Below are positions 17,503 to 26,975 of a DNA stretch of 64,000 bases, in pieces. Origin of the DNA: Verrucomicrobiota bacterium (GTDB lineage Bacteria; Verrucomicrobiota; Verrucomicrobiia; Limisphaerales; CANJSG01); the NCBI GenBank assembly GCA_038209745.1, contig JBBQXJ010000009.1, forward strand, positions 1-64,000, read 5' to 3'. Position 1 is the stretch's first letter; every line of letters begins with the position of its first letter. The notes beneath the pieces are model-generated. The model saw nothing but the letters and a program-made list of their open reading frames with translations. It did no database searches and had not been told where the DNA came from. The translations under genes were made by a program, and so were the position numbers.

Positions 17503-18348
17503 ATGCCTGAATTTCCCACCGCCCCATCCACCCTTTTGGATCCGCCGGCCAAGACCGGAGTTGAATCCGGCTCCGACCGCACCTACAACTCCCGGCCTGA
17601 CATGAAATTACCGACTTTGGAAGGCCGCCTATCGCTGAGGGAGCGGCCTCAGGAGAGCCCAAAGCTGATCCAGCACTGCCACGATATTCTGTGGATGCAC
17701 TGGTCCTGCCCCGTGGAAACCGTGCAGGCAGCGCTTCCTCCCGGCCTCCATGTGGACACTTACAAGGACAAGGCCTTTGTCGGCATCGTGCCCCAGCGCG
17801 TGACCGGGCTGCGGCTGGGCTGGGCCCCGCCGATTCCGTTCATGTCCTCCGGCATCGAGCTGAGCGTCCGCACCTACGTGCATGACGACCAGGGCCGGCC
17901 CGGCATCTGGTTCTTCTCCATCGACACGAACAATTCGCTCGCCGTTACCGCCGGGCGATCCCGGTTCAAGCTGAACTACCAGCCGGCGATCACGGACTTC
18001 CACCGGATCGGCAAGAAACTGACCTACATGGCCATTCGCAAAGGCGAGCAGCAGCAGGAGAAGATCTTCTTCCGGATCCGTGACGACATCCCCGCTCCGG
18101 CCGAGGATTCGTTGGAGTTCTTCCTGACCGAGCGCTACCTGCTCTTCACTTCGAACCGGAAGCGGCAGCAGCTCTTCGCGGCCCAGTTCCACCACAAGCC
18201 CTTCGCCTACGCCAAACCCGACGTGGGCGACTGGCAGCAGGCCCCGTTTCGCTGGAACGGCTCGACTCCCTTCGCGAAACCGCCGACCAACGTGTTGTAT
18301 TCAACCGGTGGTAAAGTGGAGTTCTTCCCGCTCAAGCAGGTTTCCTGA
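17503..18348 (+). CDS. DUF2071 (YqjF-like) protein; start may be 17602
   Basis: ILWMHW, LPPGLHVDT, ELSVRTYV, PGIWFFSID, LEFFLTERYLLF. Confidence 0.85.
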   Translation: MPEFPTAPSTLLDPPAKTGVESGSDRTYNSRPDMKLPTLEGRLSLRERPQESPKLIQHCHDILWMHWSCPVETVQAALPPGLHVDTYKDKAFVGIVPQRVTGLRLGWAPPIPFMSSGIELSVRTYVHDDQGRPGIWFFSIDTNNSLAVTAGRSRFKLNYQPAITDFHRIGKKLTYMAIRKGEQQQEKIFFRIRDDIPAPAEDSLEFFLTERYLLFTSNRKRQQLFAAQFHHKPFAYAKPDVGDWQQAPFRWNGSTPFAKPPTNVLYSTGGKVEFFPLKQVS

Positions 18349-18438
18349 TCCTTCAGCCCCTTGCACCATGAAAACGCTCAGCCGGAGAACCCGGCTGGGC
18401 GTTTCTCTTGATCCCGATTGGAGCCCAACACCGACCGA

Positions 18439-19737
18439 CTACCGTTTCGGGATCCGAATCTGGGCCGAATGGCCATGGGCTTCGAGGCCCTCGAGCTCGG
18501 CGAACTTCCGCACCGCCGGCAACGCCTTCTTCAAAGCCCCGGCCCCATACTCCACCACGCTCGTCCTTCGTTGGAACTGGTCCACCGTCAGGCCCGCGAA
18601 CGAACGCCCCGCCCCGCCTGTCGGCAATGTGTGGCTCGGTCCCGCCACGTAGTCCCCCAGCACCGTCGGCGACTGGTTCCCCAAGAAGATCGCCCCCGCC
18701 GTCACGATCCTCTCCGACAGCTTCCTCGCCCCCTTCGTCATCACTTCGCAATGTTCGGGCGCGAGCCGGTTCGCCACCGCAACGCCCTGCGCCAAGTCCT
18801 TCACTTGGATCAACCAGCCGTTGTTCTGGAGCGCCTTCTCGATGTAGTCGCGCCGTGTCCGTTCCGGCAACTGCTTGGCGATCTCCTTTTCCACCGCCTT
18901 CAGCAGCTTGGCCGAGGGCGTCAGCAACCAGACCCGTTCATGGCCCGAGCCGTGTTCCGCCTGCGCCAGCAGATCCGCCGCGATGAAGGCCGGATCGGCC
19001 GAGTCGTCCGCCAACACCAGCACCTCGCTGGGACCGGGTAGAAGATCGATAGACACATGTCCGAACAGGAGTCGTTTAGCCGCCACCACGTAGGCGTTCC
19101 CCGGACCGAAAATTTTCTGCACCGGACGAATGGTCTCGGTGCCGAAAGCCATGGCCGTGATGGCCTGCGCCCCGCCCACCCGATAAATCTCCGTCGCCCC
19201 CGCCGCCCGCACCGCGAAGAGCAGCGCCGGATTGATCCCTCCGTCCTTCCCGCACGGCGTGCAGACCACGATCTCCCGGCAACCCGCCACCCGTGCCAAC
19301 GTGATGGTCATCAGCGCCGTCGATGCCAGCGGCGCCGTGCCGCCGGGGATGTAGAGGCCCACGCGTTGGAAGGCGTCGAATTTTTCCCCGACCGTCGCGC
19401 CGTGGCTGTTCTTCATGGACCAACCCCGACGCAGACTCCGCCGGGCAAACTGGGCGATGTTTCGCCCCGCATCGACCACCGCAGCACGGAACGCCGCGTC
19501 CGCTTTGAGCGATGCGGTCAGAAGTTCGGCCTGAGTCACGGCGAACCGCTCCGGAGTGAGGATCGCCCCGTCGAACTTCGCCGTGAACTCAGCCAAGGCC
19601 GCGTCGCCCCGCTCCTTCACTGCTCCGACTATGGCGCGGGTGCCTTCGTCGATCACGGGATCGAACAGACTGGAATCGGCCGCCAGAGTTTCGACCTTCG
19701 CGGTGAACCCGTCGTCGTTGTGGCGCAGAATCTTCAT
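18439..19737 (-). CDS. hisD: Histidinol dehydrogenase
   Basis: Start MKILRH; GLYIPGG, GGAQAI, GPGNAYV, IDLLPGPSE, DLLAQAEHG, APEH, GDYVAGPSHTLPT, EGLEAH. Confidence 0.97.
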   Translation of the reverse strand: MKILRHNDDGFTAKVETLAADSSLFDPVIDEGTRAIVGAVKERGDAALAEFTAKFDGAILTPERFAVTQAELLTASLKADAAFRAAVVDAGRNIAQFARRSLRRGWSMKNSHGATVGEKFDAFQRVGLYIPGGTAPLASTALMTITLARVAGCREIVVCTPCGKDGGINPALLFAVRAAGATEIYRVGGAQAITAMAFGTETIRPVQKIFGPGNAYVVAAKRLLFGHVSIDLLPGPSEVLVLADDSADPAFIAADLLAQAEHGSGHERVWLLTPSAKLLKAVEKEIAKQLPERTRRDYIEKALQNNGWLIQVKDLAQGVAVANRLAPEHCEVMTKGARKLSERIVTAGAIFLGNQSPTVLGDYVAGPSHTLPTGGAGRSFAGLTVDQFQRRTSVVEYGAGALKKALPAVRKFAELEGLEAHGHSAQIRIPKR

Positions 19738-19808
19738 CAGGCCCCAGACGCTAGCGGATGGATGTCCGTAGACAAGACGGAGATGAACGGGAGGCTCGCA
19801 GAAAGAAA

Positions 19809-19890
19809 GGAGCGCGGAAGGCCGCGTATTTCTGAACCAGGTTTCCTTTCCCCCTCGGGCTGACCTCGCGGACGTGGCCGTCCGCGCTCC
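19809..19890. repeat. GGAGCGCGG-type REP-like inverted repeat
   Basis: GGAGCGCGGA...TCCGCGCTCC termini; right arm has internal palindrome CGCGGACGTGGCCGTCCGCG. Confidence 0.65.
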
Positions 19891-19931
19891 GAGCATCCCG
19901 TTATCAACGCCCCTTCAAGGAGTCTCCAACG

Positions 19932-20033
19932 TCACGAACTGTCCCCGGCCCACAGCCGCGCCGTGGTGCCATCGTGGCCGGAAAAATGACGATGGATCTG
20001 CCCCGGGACGCACTCGTCCGGCAGGATTCTCAT
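19932..20033 (-). pseudogene. Truncated DUF5615/PIN-like toxin
   Basis: MRILPDECVPGQIHRHFSGHDGTT.. stops after 33 aa; ATG overlaps the DUF433 stop (ATGA); resembles MRILLDECVP N-termini. Confidence 0.7.
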
Positions 20034-20302
20034 GCAGCGGAGGTCAGCACCGCGTCCTGAGAACGCTCCAGTAGTCGGCACGCCAATTGCAGTGTCACCG
20101 ATGGGAAGCACTCCAGGAATTCGTCGAGGGAATCGTTGTTTTCCAGGGAGTCGAAGAGCGTCGTGACGGGAACACGGGTGGCTCTAAAGAAGGGCGCTCC
20201 CCCCCCCGGCATGTCTGGGTCCACCGTGATCAGATCCCTCGAACTCCTGGGGCCGTCATCACGCAGGATCCATCGGCTGTAAACCAGTCCGGCGCCCGGC
20301 AC
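20030..20302 (-). pseudogene. DUF433-family antitoxin, probably damaged at the 5' end
   Basis: LITVDPDMPGGGAPFFRATRVPVTTLFDSLE...LDEFLECFPSV; likely native ATG at 20259 is out of frame; C9 run at 20199-20207. Confidence 0.75.
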
Positions 20303-21208
20303 TCACCACCGCACCGTTGCCGGGAAGAATTCGGCGATCAGGTCTTCGTAGTACGGTCGGAGGGCTTTGGCGTCGGGCTTGGCGTGGCTCTTGGTGTAGA
20401 GGTCGTAGGGATTGAAGGCCTGGACGTCCTTCAGATGCTTGCGGTCCTGGTCGTTGAGCAGATGGCCGTATGCGCCCTCGCGATGCCACGGATAGAAGCT
20501 GTGGTAGCGCAACATGTAGAGACTCTCGATGGGCAGATAGTCTTTGCAGACGTTGTAGATGTATTCGTCGTGCCCCCAGGACAGGTTGACCGCGTCCAGC
20601 CCACAGCCTTCTTCGTAGATGCCGTTCGTCGTCTGAAAGCGCGGATCTTGGCTGTCGGGATTCGCTTCGAAGAACTTCGGGAACACGATCTTCGGCGACC
20701 ATGCGCAGCCCGTCGGAAAGGTGTCGCCCACCACCGCCCACTGGGGCTCACCCCATAGGCAGAGAATCTTGCCGAGATCGTGGACGAAGCCCGTGAGGAC
20801 CATCCATCGCGGCTGCCCGTCGGACCGGAGGTGTTCGGCGGTCTGGAGCAGGTGCTCCAACTGGGAGAGATCCGTGTCGGGGTCCGAGTCGTCGACGAGC
20901 TGATTGAGATATTCGGCGGATTCCCATATCCCCATCTGTCGACGGTTCAAACCGAGGAATTCGTTTCGCTTGGCCAAGGCGAATTCGTAGGTCTGGTTGG
21001 CATGGTTCAGCCGGTAGAACTCGCGGACCGTTGGCCGGGCGTCGGCCTCGTAGTTCCGAAACTCGTCCACCTTCTTCTCCGGATCCGTGCCGACGGACGG
21101 CGGAAGGGAGGGCGCTGAAATCGTTTCGGGATAGCGCTCTTTGTAGAAGTCTTCCACTTCGTCGAGGGACTGCAGCGGTTGGTTTTCGGCGAGCGAGATC
21201 GGATTCAT
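20303..21208 (-). CDS. myo-inositol oxygenase (MIOX family, di-iron HD fold)
   Basis: [59 protein letters not shown]. Confidence 0.92.
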   Translation of the reverse strand: MNPISLAENQPLQSLDEVEDFYKERYPETISAPSLPPSVGTDPEKKVDEFRNYEADARPTVREFYRLNHANQTYEFALAKRNEFLGLNRRQMGIWESAEYLNQLVDDSDPDTDLSQLEHLLQTAEHLRSDGQPRWMVLTGFVHDLGKILCLWGEPQWAVVGDTFPTGCAWSPKIVFPKFFEANPDSQDPRFQTTNGIYEEGCGLDAVNLSWGHDEYIYNVCKDYLPIESLYMLRYHSFYPWHREGAYGHLLNDQDRKHLKDVQAFNPYDLYTKSHAKPDAKALRPYYEDLIAEFFPATVRW

Positions 21209-21280
21209 GGCGGCGATGGGATTATTGAGAGTTTGGTCGCTCCGAACCGCCAATTATTCAAGCAGGAATTGGGAGGAATC

Positions 21281-22243
21281 CTACGCGCTCGACCGGCCCT
21301 GCCGCCACTTGTCCAGACCGACGGCCAGCACGATGACGGCGCCGATGATGACCTCCTGGGTGTAGGTCTGCCAGCCGAGCTGGTTGGTGCCGTTGCGCAG
21401 GATGGCCATGATCAGCGCACCGATCATCGAGCCCAACACGCTGCCCGCGCCGCCGTTCAGGCTCGCGCCGCCGATGACCACCGCCGCGATGATGTCCAGC
21501 TCCAGTCCGACGGCCACCGTGGGATCCCCCTGGGTCAGACGCGACATCTGGAGCAACCCGGCCAAACCAAACAACAATCCCGCGATGCCGTAGGTGGACA
21601 GCTTCACCAGACCCACCCGCACTCCGCTGTAGCGCGCCGCCAGTTCGTTCGCCCCGACCGCGAAGACGTGCCGCCCGAAGACAGTCCGTCGCAAAAGCAG
21701 CGCCACGACCCCCGCGAGAACGACGACGATCCAGACACCCCAGGGCAACGGCCAGAAGCCCACCGGATTCACCCGCGCCATCAGGCCGGCCACAGGCGAG
21801 CCCGGCGGCGCGTTCACCGTCTGGTTGTTCCCCATCCATTTCGCGCCTCCCCGGACGATCCCCATCATGCCGAGCGTGACGATGAACGGCATCATGCGAA
21901 ACCCGGCCACGATGCCGCCATTGATCAACCCGATTCCACCGCCCGCCGCCACGAGCGCGAGCATCGTCGCCAGCGGCGTCCACCCGGCCACCAGCAGCTT
22001 GGCCCCGAGCACGCCCGTGAAAGCCACCACGGATCCCACGCTGAGATCGATCCCGCCGCCCACGATGATGAGCGTCATTCCGAGGGCGCCGACGGCGACG
22101 ATGACCGTCTGGGTGAGGATGTTCTTGAAATTGCCGCCGGTGAAAATGAACTCCCGTTCCTCCGTCAGCGCGAAAAGCCCGCAGACCAACAGGAGTCCAA
22201 GGAACGGGCCACCGGCCTGGAGGAATCGGGAGAATCGGGACAT
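21281..22243 (-). CDS. Sugar ABC transporter permease (RbsC-like)
   Basis: GMTLIIVGGGIDLSVGS, FIVTLGMM, FGRHVFAVGANELAARYSG, ELDIIAAVVIGGASLNGG. Confidence 0.92.
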   Translation of the reverse strand: MSRFSRFLQAGGPFLGLLLVCGLFALTEEREFIFTGGNFKNILTQTVIVAVGALGMTLIIVGGGIDLSVGSVVAFTGVLGAKLLVAGWTPLATMLALVAAGGGIGLINGGIVAGFRMMPFIVTLGMMGIVRGGAKWMGNNQTVNAPPGSPVAGLMARVNPVGFWPLPWGVWIVVVLAGVVALLLRRTVFGRHVFAVGANELAARYSGVRVGLVKLSTYGIAGLLFGLAGLLQMSRLTQGDPTVAVGLELDIIAAVVIGGASLNGGAGSVLGSMIGALIMAILRNGTNQLGWQTYTQEVIIGAVIVLAVGLDKWRQGRSSA

Positions 22244-22295
22244 CGGCGAGTTGAACAAAGCGCGGGGGTCAAGGGCGTGGTCGTCGGAACACGGT

Positions 22296-23291
22296 TCATT
22301 CCTTCAGATACTTTGCGATCGGCGGCGCGAGGAGCGCGGCCATCTCCGGATCGTCCATGTTCTCCTTCGTCACGAGGGAAACCCCGGTATCGATCCTCTT
22401 TTCCACCTTCTTGCCTTCGAGATGCCGGACGAGGGTCATCACGCCGAGATAGCCCATCTTCACCGGGTCCTGCACCACGAGGGCCTGCACGTCGCCGTTC
22501 TTCATGTCGAGCACCGACTGGCTGCCCGAGTCGAAACCGACCAGCTTCACCTTGCCGCCCGCCCGGCCGATGTCCCGCAGCGCCTTGGTCATGCCGATGG
22601 TCGAGGTTTCGTTGGGACAGAAGATCCCGTCCGCTTCCTTGCCAAAACGGTTCAGCAGATTCTGCGACGCTTGATAGCCGGTCTCGCGAGTCGGCCCCGA
22701 ATGCTGGTCGGACGAGATCAGTTTCAGATCGGGAAACTTTTTCAGCGCGTCGAGGAATCCATTTTCCCGCGCCTCGGTGCTGGCGCTGCCCACCTGGAAA
22801 CGCAGCAGGATGACATTGCCCTTGCCGCCGAGCTGCTTCCCGAGGAACTCGCCCGCCATCTGTCCGCCCTTGAAATTGTCCGTGGCCACGAAGCTCAGTT
22901 GTTTGTCCGAATTAAGATCGGAATCGATGACCACGGTCGGGATCCCCGCCTGCACCGCGCTGGCGACCGGCGCGACGAGCGCCTGGGAATCCAACGGCGC
23001 CAGCACGATCCCGCTGACTTGGCGGGCGGTGAAGTTCTCCACGACCTGGATCTGCTGGTCCCGGTCGTCTTCGCGCAACGGGCCCTTCCAGAAAAGGCGG
23101 ACCTTCGTGCCCTTCGTCGCAAGCTCCTGCTCGGCCTTGACCGCTCCGGCGTGGATCGACTTCCAGAACTCGTGCGTCGTTCCTTTGGGAATGACGGCGA
23201 TGGTGTAGGACTTGTCAGCCGAGAAGCCTGAAGTGGCGACGGTGGCCAACAAGGCACAACCCACCGCCAGCGCGCGAAACGGGGAATTCAT
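22296..23291 (-). CDS. Sugar ABC transporter substrate-binding protein (RbsB-like)
   Basis: Signal peptide; IAVIPKGTTHEFW, VATDNFKGG, STEARENGF, VGFD, VVQDPVKMGY. Confidence 0.92.
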   Translation of the reverse strand: MNSPFRALAVGCALLATVATSGFSADKSYTIAVIPKGTTHEFWKSIHAGAVKAEQELATKGTKVRLFWKGPLREDDRDQQIQVVENFTARQVSGIVLAPLDSQALVAPVASAVQAGIPTVVIDSDLNSDKQLSFVATDNFKGGQMAGEFLGKQLGGKGNVILLRFQVGSASTEARENGFLDALKKFPDLKLISSDQHSGPTRETGYQASQNLLNRFGKEADGIFCPNETSTIGMTKALRDIGRAGGKVKLVGFDSGSQSVLDMKNGDVQALVVQDPVKMGYLGVMTLVRHLEGKKVEKRIDTGVSLVTKENMDDPEMAALLAPPIAKYLKE

Positions 23292-23466
23292 GGCCGGAGA
23301 CTAGGCAACGACCCGGCGCCCGGGCAAGCGGCGCGTTGCGAGTTTGAAAGCAGGAAAAAGATCTACCCGGTACAACTCCGGAATTCTAAAATCCGTTCCC
23401 CGGTGAAATCATGACCCACCCCAGAGCCACCCACGGACCGCCCCCAAACCACCGCCATTGATACAG

Positions 23467-23895
23467 ATGAAAATCGCCCTCGCCTCCGACCACGCCGGCT
23501 TCGCCTACAAGGAAAGCATCAAGTCGCTGCTCCAGGGGCTCGGCCACGAAGTCCACGACTTCGGCACAAACAGCGACGCGTCCGTCGACTACCCGGTCTA
23601 CATCCGTCCGGCCGCCGAAGCGGTGGCCAAGGGCGAATGCGAACGCGGCATTGTTCTCGGTGGTTCGGGCAACGGGGAAGCGATCGTGGCCAACAAGGTT
23701 CGCGGCGTCCGTTGCTCGCTCTGCTGGAGTCCTGACACCGCCCGCTGGGGCCGCGAACACAACGACGCCAACGTTCTCGCGCTCGGTCAAAGAACCATCT
23801 CCGAGGAGTTGGCTCTGGAGATTGTTCGCATCTGGCTGGAGACGGCTTTTGCCGGCGGACGCCACCCCAAACGGGTGGGACAGATCGAGGGATGA
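23467..23895 (+). CDS. rpiB: Ribose-5-phosphate isomerase B
   Basis: MKIALASDHAG, VDYP, LGGSGNGEAIVANKV, REHNDANVL, FAGGRH. Confidence 0.93.
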   Translation: MKIALASDHAGFAYKESIKSLLQGLGHEVHDFGTNSDASVDYPVYIRPAAEAVAKGECERGIVLGGSGNGEAIVANKVRGVRCSLCWSPDTARWGREHNDANVLALGQRTISEELALEIVRIWLETAFAGGRHPKRVGQIEG

Positions 23896-23978
23896 TCCTC
23901 CGTTCTGCGATGAACGCGGGAAGTCCCGATCCATCCGACCTCCGATATCTCTTCCAACAAGCCAACCAAGGAGCGGCC

Positions 23979-24872
23979 TCAACGGCTCGGGCCAAACGGC
24001 GGGCCGTTCTTCACCAGGCGGAATCCAACGTCTGGCCGTCCAAATCCGGCCGGACCGTGCATCCGTTCCTCCCGGTGGGAGCCACCCCGGATCACCCGCT
24101 CGATGTCTCCGGATATATTTCCGTAGTCGTCGGGCCCGGACGGACTCTGCTCGGGGCTCACAGCGTAGAAGCGCGGATCGTAGGCGTCGTGGCACCATTC
24201 ACGGACGTTTCCGTCCATTCCCTGCAAGCCGTTGCGATCGGCCGACACCGCATCGACTGAGACGGTCCCGGCAAACGGATTGGCGGCGGGTTCGAACTTG
24301 GAGCCCTGCGCGGCCAGCTCCCATTCCGCTTCGCTGGGGAGCCGTTTCCCGATCCACACCGCGTAGCTCAAAGCGTCGTTCCACGCGACCCAGACGACGG
24401 GATGATCGCCACGACCTTCGAGTCGGGTGCCGGCACCGCCCGGAGTGCGCCATGTGGAGGCGTTGGTGCCCGACTGCTCGGCCAAGGTGAGGTAGCCGGT
24501 CGCTTCCACAAACTTGCTGAACTCGTCGTTGGTCACTTCGTGCCGGTCGATCCAGAAGCCCCGCACGCCCACCTTGTGCGCGGGGCGCTCGTCCGCCCGT
24601 CCTTCGACCGTTCCGAGAATGAAGTTTTGCCCGGCGATCCAGACCATTCCGACCGGGTGGGAAACCACGACGTCATGCCCAAGCGCGCCGGCGGGTTTTC
24701 CCCGGAGCCGGAAATCCTTGTCGGACCGGTTGAGAGCCAGCACGGAACCCAAGCAGATGCCGACCAAGGCGACCCCGGCGATCACTCCGATCTTCCACGG
24801 AGGCACGGCGTGGTTCGCGGGCGAATCAGAATCTTCTTCGGGATCGGGCTTCGGATCAGGCGGTTGGCTCAT
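23979..24872 (-). CDS. FGE-sulfatase domain (SUMF1-like) protein, membrane anchored
   Basis: DERPAHKV, FWIDRHEVTN, HPVVWVAWNDA, RLPSEAEWELAA, GNVREW, RVIRGGS, VGFRLV. Confidence 0.85.
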   Translation of the reverse strand: MSQPPDPKPDPEEDSDSPANHAVPPWKIGVIAGVALVGICLGSVLALNRSDKDFRLRGKPAGALGHDVVVSHPVGMVWIAGQNFILGTVEGRADERPAHKVGVRGFWIDRHEVTNDEFSKFVEATGYLTLAEQSGTNASTWRTPGGAGTRLEGRGDHPVVWVAWNDALSYAVWIGKRLPSEAEWELAAQGSKFEPAANPFAGTVSVDAVSADRNGLQGMDGNVREWCHDAYDPRFYAVSPEQSPSGPDDYGNISGDIERVIRGGSHREERMHGPAGFGRPDVGFRLVKNGPPFGPSR

Positions 24873-24983
24873 GTCGTTCAAGCGCCACAAGATTGCAGCC
24901 GGGCAGAAGGTTTGGCCAGTGGGGGAAGCGGGGAATCGCCCCGGACCATTGCCAAATCGGCGAGGGCTGATTAACAGTCCGGT

Positions 24984-25634
24984 ATGAAGTCAAACGGCCG
25001 TCTTTTCGCCGCGATCGTCGCCGGACTATTGATACTGCTGATCTGTGGGTTCATCGGGTGGCAGGTAAGCCACCGATCCGTCGCCGGGGGATCGACGACC
25101 GCCGAGGGTCCGGACGGCGGCCCGGCGGCGACTCCTACTGCGGGCCACTCCAACAATGGAGTGGCGGTCCCACGAAAGGCGCCCAAAGAATTCGATCCCA
25201 ACGCCCCGGTCCATGTTCCGCCCTGGCTGGCCAAGCTTGATTCCATCGTCACTTCCGACAACCCGTCCGAGGAGAACAAGGTGGAGCAGATGGCCGCCTT
25301 GATGCCCGGGCTTCCGATGGAGGGAAAACTCGAATATGCCCGGCAGATGTCCATCATGCTGGACGACACCAACTACACCCCCGTCGGCAAGATCCTTCTG
25401 GACCCCACGACCTCCAGCAACGTCTTCAACGTCTTTTTCACCGAGTTCGTCTCCCGCGGGAACGCCCTCAAGCTTCCGATGTATCTGGAGATGATGAAGG
25501 TGCCCAACCACATCTACAACCAGCAGGCCCGCGAGGTCCTCGCCATCTATCTGCGGCAGGATTTCGGCGACGACTACGCCAAGTGGGAACAGGGGATCAA
25601 CAGCTACTTGAAGATGACCGGGGCGACCAGGTAG
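24984..25634 (+). CDS. Hypothetical membrane-anchored helical protein
   Basis: N-terminal TM, low-complexity linker, helical domain; coding-like codon usage. Confidence 0.7.
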   Translation: MKSNGRLFAAIVAGLLILLICGFIGWQVSHRSVAGGSTTAEGPDGGPAATPTAGHSNNGVAVPRKAPKEFDPNAPVHVPPWLAKLDSIVTSDNPSEENKVEQMAALMPGLPMEGKLEYARQMSIMLDDTNYTPVGKILLDPTTSSNVFNVFFTEFVSRGNALKLPMYLEMMKVPNHIYNQQAREVLAIYLRQDFGDDYAKWEQGINSYLKMTGATR

Positions 25635-25695
25635 TCCCACAACGGACGCCGCTCCGCTTGCGGTGCGCCCCCCTCTTTGGGCAGCCTCGCGAGAG

Positions 25696-26793
25696 ATGCC
25701 TGCGTTCTATCGGTCCCTGGTCCGCCCATTTCTCTTCCGTCGTGATTCGGAGGAGATCCACAATCTGACCCTCGCGGCTTTGGGCTTCGTCGCCCGCGGC
25801 GATCTGGTCCCGGACTCGTTCGCTCCCCTGTTCCAGCCCGCACCGTTGCCGATCCGCCTCTTCGGTCTCGATTTCCCCAATCCCGTCGGCTTGGCCGCTG
25901 GCATGGACAAACAGGCGGTCGCCCTCCCAGTCTGGGAGAAGCTGGGCTTCGGCTTCTCCGAGATCGGCGGCGTGACCCGACACGCCCAACCGGGCAATCC
26001 GGCCCCCCGCATGTTCCGCGTCGTGCCGGACGAGGCTCTGATCAACCGAATGGGCTTCAACAACGCCGGTGCCGACGCGATGGCGGCCACGTTGCGCCGC
26101 TGGAAGGCATCGGGTCTTTGGCCGACCCACCCCGTCGGCGTGAATCTCGGCAAATCCAAGATCACGCCGCTGGACCAGTCCGCCGAGGATTACGCGACCA
26201 GCTTCGGGCTGCTGCGCGACCTCGCCGACTTCTTCGTGGTCAACGTCAGTTCTCCCAACACGCCGAACCTGCGCCAGCTCCAGAACAAGTCGGCTTTGGA
26301 TGAGATTTTCGCAGCGTTGCAGCAATCGAACCCCGCCGCAGCCCCTCGCCCGATCCTCGTAAAAGTCGCACCCGACCTGTCCTTCGAAGCATTGGATGAA
26401 ATCCTTGAACTCGTGAAACCGCGCCGGATCGCCGGCATTGTCGCGACCAACACGACTGTTGCCCGCCCTCCCGCCGGTGATCCCGACCGGGACCGCGTCT
26501 ATGCCGAGACCGGCGGCCTGAGCGGCTCTCCTCTCCGTTCCCGGAGCACCGAGGTTGTCCGCCACATCTATCGCCAGACCAAGGGAAGCCTCCCGATCAT
26601 CGGCGTCGGTGGGATCTTCTCGGCGGCGGACGCGTGGGACAAGATCACCGCCGGCGCTTCCCTCGTCCAAGTCTACACCGGCCTGGTTTACGAGGGCCCA
26701 GGTATCGTCAGAGCCATCGTCGAGGGTCTCCGAAGTCGGCTTCAGCGCGAGGGAATGGACTCGATCCTTGCGGCCAAGGGAAAGTCCGCTTGA
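25696..26793 (+). CDS. pyrD: Quinone-dependent dihydroorotate dehydrogenase
   Basis: NPVGLAAGMDK, QPGNPAPRMFR, INRMGFNN, NVSSPNTPNLR, LVKVAPDL, GGLSG, IGVGGI. Confidence 0.96.
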   Translation: MPAFYRSLVRPFLFRRDSEEIHNLTLAALGFVARGDLVPDSFAPLFQPAPLPIRLFGLDFPNPVGLAAGMDKQAVALPVWEKLGFGFSEIGGVTRHAQPGNPAPRMFRVVPDEALINRMGFNNAGADAMAATLRRWKASGLWPTHPVGVNLGKSKITPLDQSAEDYATSFGLLRDLADFFVVNVSSPNTPNLRQLQNKSALDEIFAALQQSNPAAAPRPILVKVAPDLSFEALDEILELVKPRRIAGIVATNTTVARPPAGDPDRDRVYAETGGLSGSPLRSRSTEVVRHIYRQTKGSLPIIGVGGIFSAADAWDKITAGASLVQVYTGLVYEGPGIVRAIVEGLRSRLQREGMDSILAAKGKSA

Positions 26794-26975
26794 TCCACGA
26801 GGAACCCCGATCGCAGGATGTCCTCAAATAACGGTCACCTTTCGACAAAAACTGGCCACCATTCGCCAATCGGTTCGCTCAATCCGCTCCGAATCCTACC
26901 GACACCTAAGCAGATCTGTCCGATTCCGCCTTGAGTGTTCCATGGCCAAGGGATTCGATCCACATAACCGACTGA

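Noticed and set aside
26879..26905. TCAA-N15-ACCGACAC sigma28-like promoter before the HDOD gene
   Set aside because: Several mismatches to consensus; could occur by chance
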